From positions 868,001 to 932,000 of the forward strand of contig NW_026782205.1 of the NCBI RefSeq assembly GCF_031769215.1: a stretch of 64,000 nucleotides of DNA, in the 5' to 3' direction. This DNA is from Ylistrum balloti (taxonomy: Eukaryota). The notes under the pieces are model-generated. The model was not told the origin of the DNA and did not search any database. It saw nothing but the letters and a program-made list of their open reading frames with translations. Positions 25,461 to 39,210 of the stretch are shown here, in pieces (position 1 is the stretch's first letter; each line of letters starts with the position of its first letter). A program made the position numbers and the translations under genes.

Positions 25461-26526
25461 GTTTATAACAACTGCTTCTCTGTGCCAGCGTAGGTGTGAT
25501 ATTTTATCCGATTTCACGTCCCTTGCTGATTGTTTTCTACATCTACACACCGAGGAAATATAAATAGTTGAAAAATACACCATCACGGTCTGATGTTTGT
25601 GATAAATGTGCTGGTGTGTGCTGTGACATTCCTCTGTCGATATCTCGAGGCATGCTGTGTGACAGGCACGTGGAGATCACATGATCTCTCTCAAAATATT
25701 TGAAAAGCATGAAATAAACGACATGCCCTCATCAGTCATAAAATAAGATGTGTTATCGGTAAATGTTGATAAATAATACGTTTTCATATCCTCCGATGAT
25801 CGCTACAGCTTCTGGGATTTTGGTGTGGTATTGAGCGAATCTCTATCATGGCCTTCGTTTTGTGATAAAGAAAGAACCTGCTGCGATATTCTGTTTTTGC
25901 ATTGCCTATGGGAGCTACTCCTAAATTGTGCAGCCACAATTCTCGGTAAATCAATGAAATAATGAAAAGATTTTGCTTCTTTAATTTGAAACTGATCACC
26001 AAGGCTTATACTTCCGGGTTTGTGATTTACGTTATAACGACGTTTCTTGTCGAGTTTCTCCAGGTAGCCTTTCGTGACTTTACTCAAAATAATCTAAATC
26101 TGTTGAAAGCGGGATGCATGGAAAGGAACGCACGGGAAGAGTTGTAGTGGTGAGAAAGTAACATACTGCCTGTCAAGGTGACGTTAATCATAGACACGTA
26201 TTTCGCGTGCATTGTCTGTCGCACTAAAGCACATTCTTTCAAATGTGTTTTTCCCGAAGAAAAACGGCACATGTCAACAAGTCTTGTATCCATAATAACC
26301 TACAATTGTATCAACTGCCTTTTGCACCAAACCTTATATCATCTAAATCCACGCAAGTGCTGTACATTAACCACTTTTCTAACCTCTTCGCTGAAGAGTG
26401 ACTACTTTCATTTCCATTCAAACACTTGGATAGTTGATGGAAGAAGACAAAAACGATAGAAAACGTGGCTTTGTTTCTTGTTTGCCTGGAATATTACGCG
26501 AAAGAAACATAGGATGAGGTGTATAT

Positions 26527-27600
26527 ACAAGGGCCCCAAGGGCCATAACGGTCACATAAATTACAATGTTTCTTGTAACACGTCTTAGAAATTATTTTGT
26601 TTAAGAAGTGTAAGATAAGTTTAACAACATTGTACACATAATGCAAATGTAACATGTGCAAAACATTAACTGCTGTCCCATGCTAAGACTTCAAACCAAG
26701 TTTGAATTAAAGGAAATTTAACTAAAAAATTCAATGTTCCTAAACAAAATCTTCCATTTATGAACAGCAGGACATCTTCGAAATTTCCGTCATTTTGACC
26801 TTATTTTGATCAGCCGAGGTCAACATGTGGATCTCACCGAACTGTCAGCTTATACCGAAAATTCTAACTGAGTTTGAACTATTTCTAAAAGAAAATAAAC
26901 AAATTATGCTCAAACTTGTTAATTTCCTGTATACATTATAGTAAGTGTTACCCCTTTCCCAGATGAAAATGTGAGACGCTGGGATCATGAAATTAACAAT
27001 TTCGGTAAAGCGATGGGATATATATATATAAAGAATATTTGGTTCTACTTTGTATGGATATTGAGAAGAAGGGCTTTGAAATTTCAGTCGATTTGACCCG
27101 TTTTTGGCCCCTCCCAACATCCCCTGGGGGTCAGCTGAGGTCCATATGTGCATCTTATCAAACTGTCATCTTGTACTCATAATTCTAACCAAGTTTGAAC
27201 TATTGCCAACAGAAAATAAACACATTCAATTATTTAATTTTCCTATATAAACTATAGTAAATTTTACCCTCTCCCCTGGGGGAAATGTGAAACCCCGGGG
27301 TCATGAAATTTACAAGTTTGGCTAAGCCTCTGAATGCATTTCCATTGATAAAGAGGATTTGTGAAGTTTCAATCAATTTTATCCATTTTGGTCCCTCCCT
27401 CAGACCTCCGCGGGTCATATGATTTACAATTTTGGTGCGCCTTTAGCCATTGAAGTGTTTTGTAAAATTTCATTGAAATCGATGCAGGAGTTTTCCAGAT
27501 GATGTCAAAATGTTGAATGTTTACGACGTACAACGCATGACGCTGGACCAAATGGGAATGCAGAGAGTCACCACGAGTCTTTGTCTCATTTGACCTGAAG
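26527..27600 (+). mobile_element. HINE/Helentron-like non-autonomous element with internal Cg170-like subrepeats
   Basis: Starts ACAAGGGCCCCAAGGGCC. Internal diverged repeats contain GGGTCATGAAATTTACAA.TTTGG (about 26980, 27297 and 27412). Ends with an ACGACG run and a short terminal hairpin. Resembles oyster Helentron-borne satellite-like repeats; recognised by motif, not searched. Confidence 0.65.
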
Positions 27601-29689
27601 TTCGTGTGTTTACCGGGCGGTGATACTGACGTTGTAGTGTACGCGTGGAGATTTGACGTTACACTAGTGTTGGGTGAGAAAGGGTTGTAAGAGTGATGTT
27701 GATGTTTTAGGGTTTTTTATGATGTTGGGGTACTGTTAGTATATTTTGAAGATTGTATGAGGAACAGTCGAACCAATTACGAACCATCACCACACCGCCA
27801 TATGTTAACCCAATACGACACCGTCCCTCTAACTTACCTCCTCAGACTATAAGGAAAACAAAACCGACGTATTTCTATAAGGATTCGGTTTGCTTGTTCT
27901 ACTAAAGACTAAACCTAGGGTTGGAGCCAGTTTTTGTTTTCATACAACATTCACTTAAAACCCGACAGATCTGATGTATAAGGATGAAAAATCAACGCGT
28001 CAGTTGTAATAATATCTAACCTTACAGAAGACGATCCAGACTTGACTGAGTTTACGATAACGGATTCTGAACGTCCAGACATCTATGGAATGGATTATTT
28101 TATGGTAAATGCTTGGGGTTCTAAAAATATAAAAGTTCTGTTTGTTTGTGCCTAAGAATTGTAATGTTATCCACTAACATTCTGATATACCGGTTGATGA
28201 ATATCTACGTCAACCTCAACAGGGGGCAATAACTGCCCGCTTCGATATCAAACAGTCGAATTTCATCTGACATTTTTCAGAGTCGAGGGATAGCATTTTT
28301 TCTAAAGTTAGACTCGGAACACTCTATTTAAAAGTGCAAATCGACAGTAAATAAACAATATCGAAACAGTGCCTCTGTTTTCTTACCCGTCTCCAGTATT
28401 TATCAACAGACACTGAAATTTTTTGTCGTTTTCAATAAAGATTTTGCAGGACACAAGAAACTCAAATGTACTGCATTTCACTACAAAAACATCTTTTTGG
28501 CCATTGTTATCAGAATTTATATAATACACATGACTTAGCATGTAAAAATAAAACCTCTGAAAAAACACGAAATTTTCAAACCACCTTTTTTCAAAGACGT
28601 TAAAGGGACCAGTTCCGCAACCGTTATGTTAAATTGTCACAAACGACGTTGTTATATCTTAACTTTCATTCTATACCACAGTTGTCGTTACTGATTTCCT
28701 TATATATACAGGAAGCAAAGTATTATCAAATGAAAACAAAATAAATAGACACATGCATTTTATTTTTCCCGTTTGAAGTTTGAATGTACATCATAAATTG
28801 ACAATTTTAACGTACTTGTATTTAAATGGAGAATGTGTTATAATGATGATACACGCGTCTACGTGTATGTTTGACTTCGAGTTCGCGGTTCTTTTGGTTT
28901 TGAAAGCTGTGTTTTGGTAAGTTATTTGAGCTAAATCATTTGTCTAGGTGCGCGGTCGATCACCATTATCCTGTCATGTCCTTTACTATCTACCGGCGTC
29001 ACGATAGACTTAACATGCCCGACAACAAATATCGACAATTTTCAATCACTGTTACAAAGCAGGAAAATAGTGGCGATAAGGCGTGCGGAGCACATGTTGA
29101 CGAGAGCTGATTTGGCGGGAATCGATCAGTCAAGGCAACAATGGCGGACGTTATCTGCGTGTGTTCGATTGGTTGGTTGCAGACCGTCGACAGGTGCCCA
29201 TACGGACTTGATACCTCACGGTTTTTCTATGACAAGGATTTATGAGTTGTGAGAGTTTGATCACCTTGGCAATCACACGTGCGCCTTCATGCATGGCACG
29301 TACATCCTGTTTGACAGGGGAAAGGACGTATCGATGAATTTATTGGATTTTAATTCCCGCGAGGTTACTTAACATCACGCGGCATGGTGGTAAAGGTCTG
29401 TAGTTTGACATTATGAACATTTGTATCTATTACCAAGGTCGTGATATTTGACGAGGCATAGTGAAACTCTGCAAAAATCAAAGTTTAGTAAAGGAGCTAG
29501 ATTACACTGCAACTCCGTGAGAGATATCCTATCAGATGTGATGTTAATTGTGCAACGACGAGAACGTGCCGCGAATGATATCGCATTCTTGCAACATTTG
29601 AAGTTCTGCTCGACCGGGATGTTACTAGTAATCTGAAAATTTCGCTTCCTACGACTTCTGCCGTTGGTTATTTAATTGATACGTGCAGC

Positions 29690-30560
29690 ATACATGCTGA
29701 GAAGAATGTCCTTGACAACGTTTGTCCTTGGTAAAAAGACGAGAACCGTGCATCATGTCTTCTATGAAGATTTATCATTGGTCATCAGACGCGGGCCATG
29801 TCACGTGTCGTCTTGTGTTTTTGAGAATTCCCACGTACTTAAGAAAGCTTGCCCTCCATCACCAGGCATGAAACATGTACCACTATCTCTTGACGACTTT
29901 CAGAACGTTTGCCCCGGCTTTAGACCCGAGCTGTTTAGCATGTCCTCTGACTAGAGAACGCTAGTCCTTAGTCTTTAGACTCGAGCCATTTAACATCAAT
30001 GGCTTCTGACGTCCTTTAAAACGCCTGGCCATGGTCTTTAGACTCGAGCCATTTAACATCAATGCCTATTGACGTCCTTTAGAACGCTTGCTCTTGGTCT
30101 TTTGACCTGAGCCATTTAACATGCCTACTGACGTCCTTGGAAATGTTTGTCCTCAGTCATATGAAGCGTGTAATATGTTGTCTTGAACGTGTCCTTGAGA
30201 AAGATTGGAAAAGGTCATTTTTTGTCATTAGACACGAGCCGTTCAGTATGTCTTCGTACGACCTTGAGAACGCTAGTCCTTAGTCTTTAGACTCAAACCT
30301 TTTAACATAAATGCCTAATGACGTCCTTTAGAACGCTTGCCCAGGGTCTTTAGTCTCGATCCTTTCAGCATGCCTACTGACGTCCTTGGAAATGTTTGTC
30401 CTAAGTCATATGAAGTGTGTAACTCCATAAACTTTGAAAAGGTAATTTCTTGTCACTAGACGCGAGCCGTCCAGCATGCCGTCTTGCGTCCTCGATAACT
30501 TTTAAACCATGTTGCACGTCTTCTGACGTCGTTGAGAACTTTTACACGTCGTCATTAGAC
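29690..30560. repeat. Degenerate ~65-bp tandem repeat
   Basis: Recurrent CTGACGTCCTT.GAACGCT..TCCTTAGTCTTTAGACTCGAGCCATTTAACAT blocks. Confidence 0.75.
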
Positions 30561-31632
30561 CCAATTATGATATTGTCGACAGTAATGTTGGTAGTCTAGC
30601 ACGACGAGTATCGCCCTGGGTAAGAAATGTCTGGACATACCTGGATGGTACTGGTTGTCATTTGGGTAATTAGATGTAATACAGAGATAACATGGAGATG
30701 TAGCACAAAACCGTCTGTATAAGTGTCAGCAACCTATTGCTGGTCAGAGAGCACTGCTATAGGGCTGCACTAAAGGCGTGGAGGGGCACCCTAATGTCAA
30801 GGCAGTAACGTTTTGTTCTGACAGATAACTTAGGGAGTTGTGTATTTCCGACAGATTCCCTTGTATCATAGCGTTTTCTTTCGCAAATTTGATAAAATGA
30901 AAAACGGACAAACCAATCAACAAACAAAAAACACAATAAAATCAGTAACATTGATATATTTTCCAAATATAATGGTTAGAACATATTCAAATCTAGCCTC
31001 TTGACATGTCATAACTTTACATACTGATAATCACATGACATATCATGTGATTACGTCACCATCTCCATATCTTTTAAACAGTGAAGTGACATATTGTATG
31101 TTGTATCTCATACACACGTTGTTTCTCTGCATTACAGACATCATTATTACTTTTAATTTAGGAAATTTTTAGACCTGATTTTGAGATGTGAGGATCTATC
31201 AACGAGATTTTACAAAAATAAATAAATATGTATCCTTTAGAGCGACATCTGGTAAAGCAGGCATATATAATTATACACGTTAAAAACGACTTCTTTTTAT
31301 GTCTGATTTGCAACATCTCTTATCACTTTAACTTTATACAAGAATGGATGGCAATTATCTGAAGTTGTGTAACTATATAAGTATCTGCCGACAAAGAGCT
31401 GGTGATAATGGTGTAATAATGCATGGATAATGTTCTGACTTCCGGTTTATCCTAAGTGTCCCAGAAATAACAATTTTCAGGAGATAGTTTATGGACCCGG
31501 CTTTGTCAGGTTTACAAAAAGTACTTAGAAAGCTTACCAATCTATCGACGTAATCTTAACGATGTTGAACGGTTGTTGAACTAAAATCCTCAACCTCGAT
31601 TGTATGTACATGTAAGCAAAGCAGTCGGATTT

Positions 31633-31870
31633 ATCTTCATAGTATAACATAGACAACTTACAGTTTGAAGATCTTCATCAAGAATTTACATGAAAAACAT
31701 ATTTTCAACGCTTTTAACTATTGAAGGTTCCGTCTATCTGTTTATAGAACGAATCTTTATGGTATAACATACACAATTTACAATTTGAAGATCTTCATCT
31801 AGAACATTACACGGAAAAACATTTTCAACGCTATATAACTATTAAAGGTTCTTTCAAACTGTTTATAGAA
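31633..31870. repeat. Diverged ~120-bp direct duplication
   Basis: Two copies of ATCTT.AT.GTATAACATA.ACAA.TTACA.TTTGAAGATCTTCATC...CTGTTTATAGAAC. Confidence 0.8.
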
Positions 31871-33300
31871 CAACATTGTTAAAATGTGTACCTTTAATTT
31901 ATCAATGTAATCAGTAATATCAACATGGACGAGAAGGAGGTTTTCAAAATAGTCAGTCTTTTGACATTATATGTATATATATATATATATGAAAACACAT
32001 ACAATTCATATAATTTTTGCTATAAAATCTGGATTCATTTACAACATTTGTTTTATATATATCTTACTATCTACCTCAATCTCAATGGAGACATCGCTTG
32101 ACTCTGATTCTAACGAAGGACTATTGAAGAGCGCCAGGAGTGATGTGTTCTCCTAAGTGACGTATCACACTGATATCCATATGACGTCGAGCACAAATAT
32201 GATGATATAGAACGTTGCGGGATTCCAGACACAGATATGTAAATGACTATGTATAAATGACTTAGATGGTTTGTCAGTGCCTGTCTAACACCCCGTCATG
32301 CCCTACATGATAAATATTTACATTTTATTTTGTTTGGATTTTAAATAAATATTGTCGAATAGGTTGGAATGTTGCTTTCTCCTGAATTTGGCTTGACAAA
32401 AACAGCCATGTACAATAGAGAAGTAATCACTTTATTTGATGCCATGCCACCATGTTGTAGAGAACTGAAAAAAGAAAATAAAAATTTCAAAGCTTAACTA
32501 AGTAATTATTATCGTCTACCAAAGAACGCATGAAACATCTCACAAATTATCAGAACTTTGAAAATAAATGTGATTATGTATGTCATTGTAATATGGACAA
32601 GGTTATAACGTAAGGGAAGACTTTTTTTATCTATTTATTTTTGTCGTGCTATTTGAAACATAAAAATATGGCTAAGCCTAAGGGAAAATAATGTGTTATC
32701 CGAGACCTTCTATCAATATGCATGCCACGTACCTACCATATTCAACTACAGGGTGACAGTACATGACGCAGGACCCCAGGATAGCCGATGATGGTGTGAC
32801 GTCACTTGAGCAACCTATCCTTTCTACTCTGCAGATCGCAAACCGGTACTTGTAATATCTAAATTACAAAACATGAAAGACCTTTCACTTCACTCTCGAA
32901 CACGTCGATGACTGTTTGTGCGGGACACACTCATCTTCGGTTGGAACATGTCACTGAATTTTAACAACACAGCTGACAGCGGGAATTTGCCTTGACTGAG
33001 GTCTTACCTTTTCCCTGGCATATTTGCCAACTTCCGGTGTCACGTTCGGACATTGATCAATCCCAAAACACACTCCAATCTCGCTGACCATTAAATATAG
33101 CACTTTTGGTGACAAATTGTCAGAGTTAGTTTACTTTAAAGTCACGTAGTTTTGTGTATGCGATGTGTCAGTCAGTAGCAGTTGTCCTTGTATTAGCAAT
33201 AAATAACAAATAACTATACACAAAACTAATTTACTTGTGTCTTTCTAAGCCATAATAAATTACTTTGAAAGCCCGGTAGCATAAATCCGTGATATGAAGG

Positions 33301-33501
33301 TTAAATTCTCCGTCCACAATAAAATTGAAGTTTTAACCAAATTATATTCCAGCTTATCACAACACAGATAAACAGATAAAGCGGATATGATGTAGTCCGA
33401 CTTCCGCCATTGTACCGATCACTTTCGCGGATGGATATCACACGTCGATTTGAACCTTCCGGTGGAGCAAATGTTGTCCTGTGATATGTTTCCGAATAAT
33501 C
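33301..33501 (-). CDS. Cys-rich secreted/anchored protein gene, exon 6 (terminal; linker plus hydrophobic GPI-signal/TM-like tail)
   Basis: Acceptor TTTTTTGTTACAG|GAT in phase 0, matching the exon 5 donor. Encodes DYSETYHRTTFAPPEGSNRRVISIRESDRYNGGSRTTSYPLYLFICVVISWNIIWLKLQFYCGRRI*. Confidence 0.75.
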   Translation of the reverse strand, partial: DYSETYHRTTFAPPEGSNRRVISIRESDRYNGGSRTTSYPLYLFICVVISWNIIWLKLQFYCGRRI

Positions 33502-33574
33502 CTGTAACAAAAAAACAGTATAATATAAAAACATTATTGATGACGTTCTCTGCAAGATAAAAATAATACAGTTG

Positions 33575-34436
33575 ACTTAACTCGATCTGTAACACTGGAA
33601 CTCGATCTGTAACACTGTAACTCGATATGTTACGCTTAACTCGATCTGTAACACTGGAACTCGATCTGTAACACTGAAACTCGATATATAATACTGAAAC
33701 TCGAACTGTAACACTGTAAATGTAACACTGTAACTCGATCTGTAAACACTGTAACTCGACCTGTTACACTGAAACTCGACCTGTTACGCTTAACTCGATC
33801 TGTAACACTGAAACTCGATATATAATACTGAAACTCGAACTGTAACACTGTAACTGTAACACTGTAACTCGATCTGTAAACACTGTAACTCGACCTGTTA
33901 CACTGAAACTCGACCTGTTACGCTTAACTCGATCTGTAACACTGAAACTCGATATATAATACTGAAACTCGAACTGTAACACTGTAATTCGACCTGTAAC
34001 ACTGTAACTCGATCTGTAAACACTGTAACTCAACCTGTAACATTGTAACTCGACCTGTTACACTGAAACTCGACCTGTTACGCTTAACTCGATCTGTAAC
34101 ACTGAAACTCGATATATAATACTGAAACTCGACATGTAACACTGTAACTCGACATTTAACACTGTAACTCAACATGTAACACTGAAACTCGAACTGTAAC
34201 ACTGTAACTCGACCTGTTACACTGAAACTCGACCTGTTACACTTAACTCGATCTGTAACACTGAAACTCGATATATGATACTGAAACACGAACTGTAACA
34301 CTGTAACTCGACCTGTAACAGTGAAACTCGATCTGTAACACTGTAACCGTCCTGTAACACTGTAATTCGACCTGTTACACTGAACCTCGATCTGTAACAC
34401 TGTAACCGTCCTGTAACACTGCCACACTGAAACACT
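33575..34436. repeat. 19-20-bp monomer satellite with a 135-160-bp higher-order period
   Basis: Monomer AACTCGA(T/C)CTGT(A/T)ACACTG(T/A). The marker GTTAC(G/A)CTTAACTCG recurs at about 33629, 33783, 33917, 34077 and 34236. Lies in intron 5. Confidence 0.93.
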
Positions 34437-37356
34437 CACTTATTTCGGCTATTCTCATACATGACATTTGCTTATGGAAGTAAAGTAATCATTTTCATTC
34501 TGTTATTCTATAAAGCAAAATTCCAATTACAAAACCCTTTATTCAATAAAAATTGTAATATATTGGGACTGTTATGACATTTTTACACTAAATATATTTG
34601 AATGACCTCTGAACAGGTTTGCTTGTTTGTTAGATAGCTAGGCACACAATCAGTAGACTCTTTCAAAGGGCTGTGTTTTATAAACAGCAAAAAACACGTA
34701 AGATAAACGACGGTCTAAATATAACTCTCCTTTCTCTGTTTTCTATTGATGTATACGAACACGTCCAACGCTTCGGTAACATTATTATCCATTTTTTAAA
34801 TTAAATTTTGACGGTTAATTTAAGGAGGGTGTGACGGATGGAAAAGGATGTAGACTTGAGTCAGATACATATCTCGGTCACGTGTCGGGTTCGACAATGC
34901 ACTTCGGTTATGCCTCGTTGATAAAACCTAATAGGGGCTACACGTTTGTGGGCACCGCCGGTCCTGTTTCTGCCGTTCATATCACATCTAAATTGTTTGT
35001 AATCTTACGTAACCATTAAGCTTCTCTCCCTTCCCCTGATTTTTTCCCCTGTAGGATTTCAATGATCGCCTGAGTTACTTCGTTAAAATTCCATTGCTCT
35101 ATTCCTACAGCTCTGCGCAGCGAAAACAGCAGACTCGGCTTCGGAGGATCATACTAACACTGTCGGGGCCAGGTCAGATTACTACAAATACACTACCACC
35201 CCTGCAATATTAGTTTTAAAACAATTACAAATCGGCATTCCACCCTACTACACGTTCGCGTCACTGGTGTTCGCGGTAGGTGGGGAATCCATGTAAGAAA
35301 CCAAGATAGTTTATGCGCCATATGCTTTCTTCAGTGCAACACGACGTGATGAAAAGTATGCGGGTTCTTTTGTAATACAATATTGGGATCCAGAGACCAA
35401 GTATACCAACAACTTTTTTCTTATTCTTGATACGTATAAATCAATAAATAGCTTGTTGAGTTCATTTTAGATGTGCTTTAAGAACCATCGATCAGTGTCT
35501 TTTAAGGGAACAGCCGTTTGATTCAAGGTCGAGTTTGAATGTTGGTTGTTGGCTTTGAAGACGCTTCAGAACGTCTACTGGTTACAATACGAGTTTTCTA
35601 TTATTTTGTTATCAGACCAACTCAGAATATTCCTTTTCACACAAAGAAAAAAAATAAAAATAATTCATAAAATATAAAATTGCTCGTTTTTAAATCGAAA
35701 AAATATTGCATACCCGTATTATGGAATCTTTGAAGACAATTACTAAACTAAATTATAATTGTGATCATTTTATAAATGTAGTTATAATCACTGTTAAAAC
35801 CTGAGAACGCAACTATTCCCGGACTTTATAATGACAGACCGTAGTCATTCTCCTGTAAAACATCCTGATATTAATACATCGCTGCCACTGCCTGGAAGTA
35901 GGCGTTGTGATATTTATGCCCACTGATCTTGTTATTCGATCTGCCAACAAATTAATTTTAAAGTGAAGCATTTAATATCGTGACAACAATCCTGTTTTAG
36001 TGGTATACTTTACAGTACAGAACCGCTCCTGGTGGTTTATCACCGCCCAGACTTTCAGATACATCACATTTCACAAAGCTGTCGTAGATTATGTTTTGCC
36101 CTGAATCTTGCGTGCTCTCAAATTGTCCTCCATGCCACAATACGTTTTCATTTAAATTCTAATCGTGGTCATCCCGGAAGAACTGGGATTGTTTTAAGTC
36201 ACACACGCACAACATTATCTAGGACCCTGGGGTTTTTGAAACAAAATGATTACAAAGGGAGACGGAATATTAATGATTTTCACTTCAATTAAAACGAGAT
36301 ATCTCATCAACATGATTAAATTCGAAACATTTTGATATTCGCAAATGAAACCGTATCCATTTCCGGTGGGGATATTTGTGTATTTTGAAGGGATTGGTAG
36401 ATTGCATACGATTGACCACCAGCTCTTTCTTCCGGGACACGCGGGTGCGTGAAAATAATCATGAATCTCGCATACGGTTTGTAGTGTATAATATATCACA
36501 AAGTTCCCGACAATCATACCTTTACGACAAACGGCGCCATTTAGTGACACCAATTAACCTCGCATCAGGTGATCAACGGTGACCTTCAGGAATCACGCGA
36601 CATACGTTACGCATGGGGATCAAACTTGTAATTGCAGACACTGGTGCTGTATGAGCACTTTCACTGAATTATTCCTATTTTTACCACCACAGAAACCACT
36701 GGTGATATGTGTTAATCCATTACAATGTCCAACAGTGTCCCAAGGGGTTCAAACCTGTGACCAGAGCCTACAACACACGATAGCCTATATACGGATAGGA
36801 ATAGACCAGCAACGGAGAAAAAAACTGCGTCTGTTCAAGACGTAATTTAGTTACCATAGTAACGAAAGTATCAGACAGGAACGAGACGCCATTCTCCAAG
36901 GATGACAAGCGCCTGCTGAACAGGGTTTGGAGTTAAACTCGATTAATTTGAATCTACTTCATAGTCATTTGTAAGAGGTCAAACTTCTTGAAGCATTAAG
37001 TTATTTTGTGCGACAGCGATCGAAAATTTAGTTGCTTGCAAACAATTAAACGTTTACTGGTACATGTCTACAAGTATTTTTAGCATTTTGGAAAATGTAT
37101 AATGTATCATGTCGATGTTTGAGGTAACCCGGTGTACCGTTTTACATGACATAAACCAAACGTTGCAAAGAAAGCCACTTCAATTTAGATTGAAGACAGA
37201 CCTTTATCAACTTCAATTTGCTACATCTGCAATGTTTATCATCATTTTTTCCCAACTGAGTTTCAAGTTATCGAACAGCGACACTTAATGCAAATATTTA
37301 TGCGATTGAAAACATGTTGACTTTGCGAGTCAGAGAAATTGGACGAGCAACCTTAC

Positions 37357-37498
37357 CTTTGTTGAAAACACGTGCTTGTCACACATGGTACTGCTCCGGA
37401 CCATCGGTTTGGCCAGCACATCCATCAGACTGGCCGCCTCTTGACCACAGCTCTGACCAATGTTGCCTTTGATACAAAGTAACACCTGACTGAGATCG
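37357..37498 (-). CDS. Cys-rich secreted/anchored protein gene, exon 5
   Basis: ATTGCAG|C...AAG|GTAAGG, 142 nt (phase 2 in, 0 out). Encodes DLSQVLLCIKGNIGQSCGQEAASLMDVLAKPMVRSSTMCDKHVFSTK. Confidence 0.85.
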
Positions 37499-38730
37499 CT
37501 GCAATGTACAATGACGTCGTAACAACATTAAACCTATTTTCGTAGTTAGAAAAGTCAACGATAAGGCGACATGTCGAGTTCAAATTTCTGAATTGTACAT
37601 TTATACACGTTAATTTGGCACTTAAAGATGATACATTTATATGTACCTTGTAATCTTTGGGAGCAACATTATTGTAGACGAGAGGAAAATACTTACTGAT
37701 ATATCGTCTAAAAGTTCATGGAATTGAAAATATCGATCACTCATAAAAAAGACATATAGAAATAATTGAAATACACGTAATGGGTATGTCTATTATTTAA
37801 ACGGTTTGTTTTAATGAAGTGCAAAAATATGAAATACTAATTGGTTTATTATGAATCTCTGCGATATGAATGCTAGTATATCTCAATCACACTGTTTAAA
37901 AACCGTCTGGGCACAAACAAAATATAATCAGCGACTCCAAAACACACATGGGTGAAAATTGCCAGCTTTCTGTCAACTCGAATACGGCAACTGTTTGTTA
38001 AAACGTTTGTGACTTTTTGATAGAGCGATGCAGCGCGATGCTTGGCGAGTGTAAACCTTACTACGATAAAACAACAATAAATCCCGTTTTATTTTCAGAT
38101 TGTCTTCGGATTGTAGCTACATCTGGATGCCTTTCGTGCCAGTGGCCGTATTTCGATGTCACCGACGTACGATGATAAACCGCACGTCTATCTGTACTGG
38201 TCTATAGGATCCGACATCAAAGAGCCAGCGCTACCATCAAACACATCAAACTACCTTCAGTTGTATGTTTCAAATCTGTTTTTGTAAAGTCAGTTTCAAT
38301 TTAGACAGTTAAGAATAAAGAGGAAATGGACATGTTTTATACATGTTATATATATATTTATACGTATCTTCCACAGAGTAGAAACCAAGGACACCTCAAG
38401 CTACAGACTAGCGTTACACAAATTACATTGTACATATACCTTAATAACAAAACATAGACAACAACATCCCACTCAAAATACTAATCCTACAAAACAAAAC
38501 ATTTCCCCAAAACACTTATTCTATATTAAAAACAATAACCCAACCCTAAACATTAACCCAACATAAAAACATTAACTTTGCCCACAAACACTACCCCATA
38601 TGTAACAGTAAACATCCTCAAAACTACTAATCCTACAAAAGAAAACGTTAAGCACATATAACAAAAAACCTACCAACAAAAGACTAACCCTACAAACACT
38701 AACCCGACCAATAAACACTAACCCTACATA

Positions 38731-39210
38731 ACCCTACCAATAAACACTAACCCTACATATCAAATCGATAACCCTAACAACAAACACTAACCCTACATAT
38801 CAAATCGATAACCCTAACAACAAACACTAACCCTACATATCAAATCGATAACCCTAACAACAAACACTAACCCTACATATCAAATCGATAACCCTAACAA
38901 CAAACACTAACCCTACATATCAAATCGATAACCCTAACAACAAACACTAACCCTACATATCAAATCGATAACCCTAACAACAAACACTAACCCTACATAT
39001 CAAATCGATAACCCTAACAACAAACAGTAACCCTACATATCAAATCGATAACCCTAACGACAAACAGTAACCCTACATATCAAATCGATAACCCTAACAA
39101 CAAACAGTAACCCTACATATCAAATCGATAACCCTCCCAATAAACAGTAACCCTACAAATCAAATCAATGACCCTACCAACAATCACTAACCCTACATAT
39201 CAAAATTCAC
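38731..39210. repeat. 40-bp tandem minisatellite containing telomere-like TAACCCTA motifs, 12 copies
   Basis: Unit ACCCTAACAACAAACACTAACCCTACATATCAAATCGATA, embedded in a degenerate C/A-rich zone of about 38450-39340. Confidence 0.95.

Noticed and set aside
25784-26293. Cluster of minus-strand ORFs suggesting a decayed gene or LTR integrase tail
   Set aside because: No diagnostic motif could be pinned down in any frame.
33636-34439. Ser/Val/Gln/Cys-rich minus-strand ORFs
   Set aside because: Translations of the 20-bp intronic satellite. The same holds for ORFs at 52309-52967 and 60258-60836.
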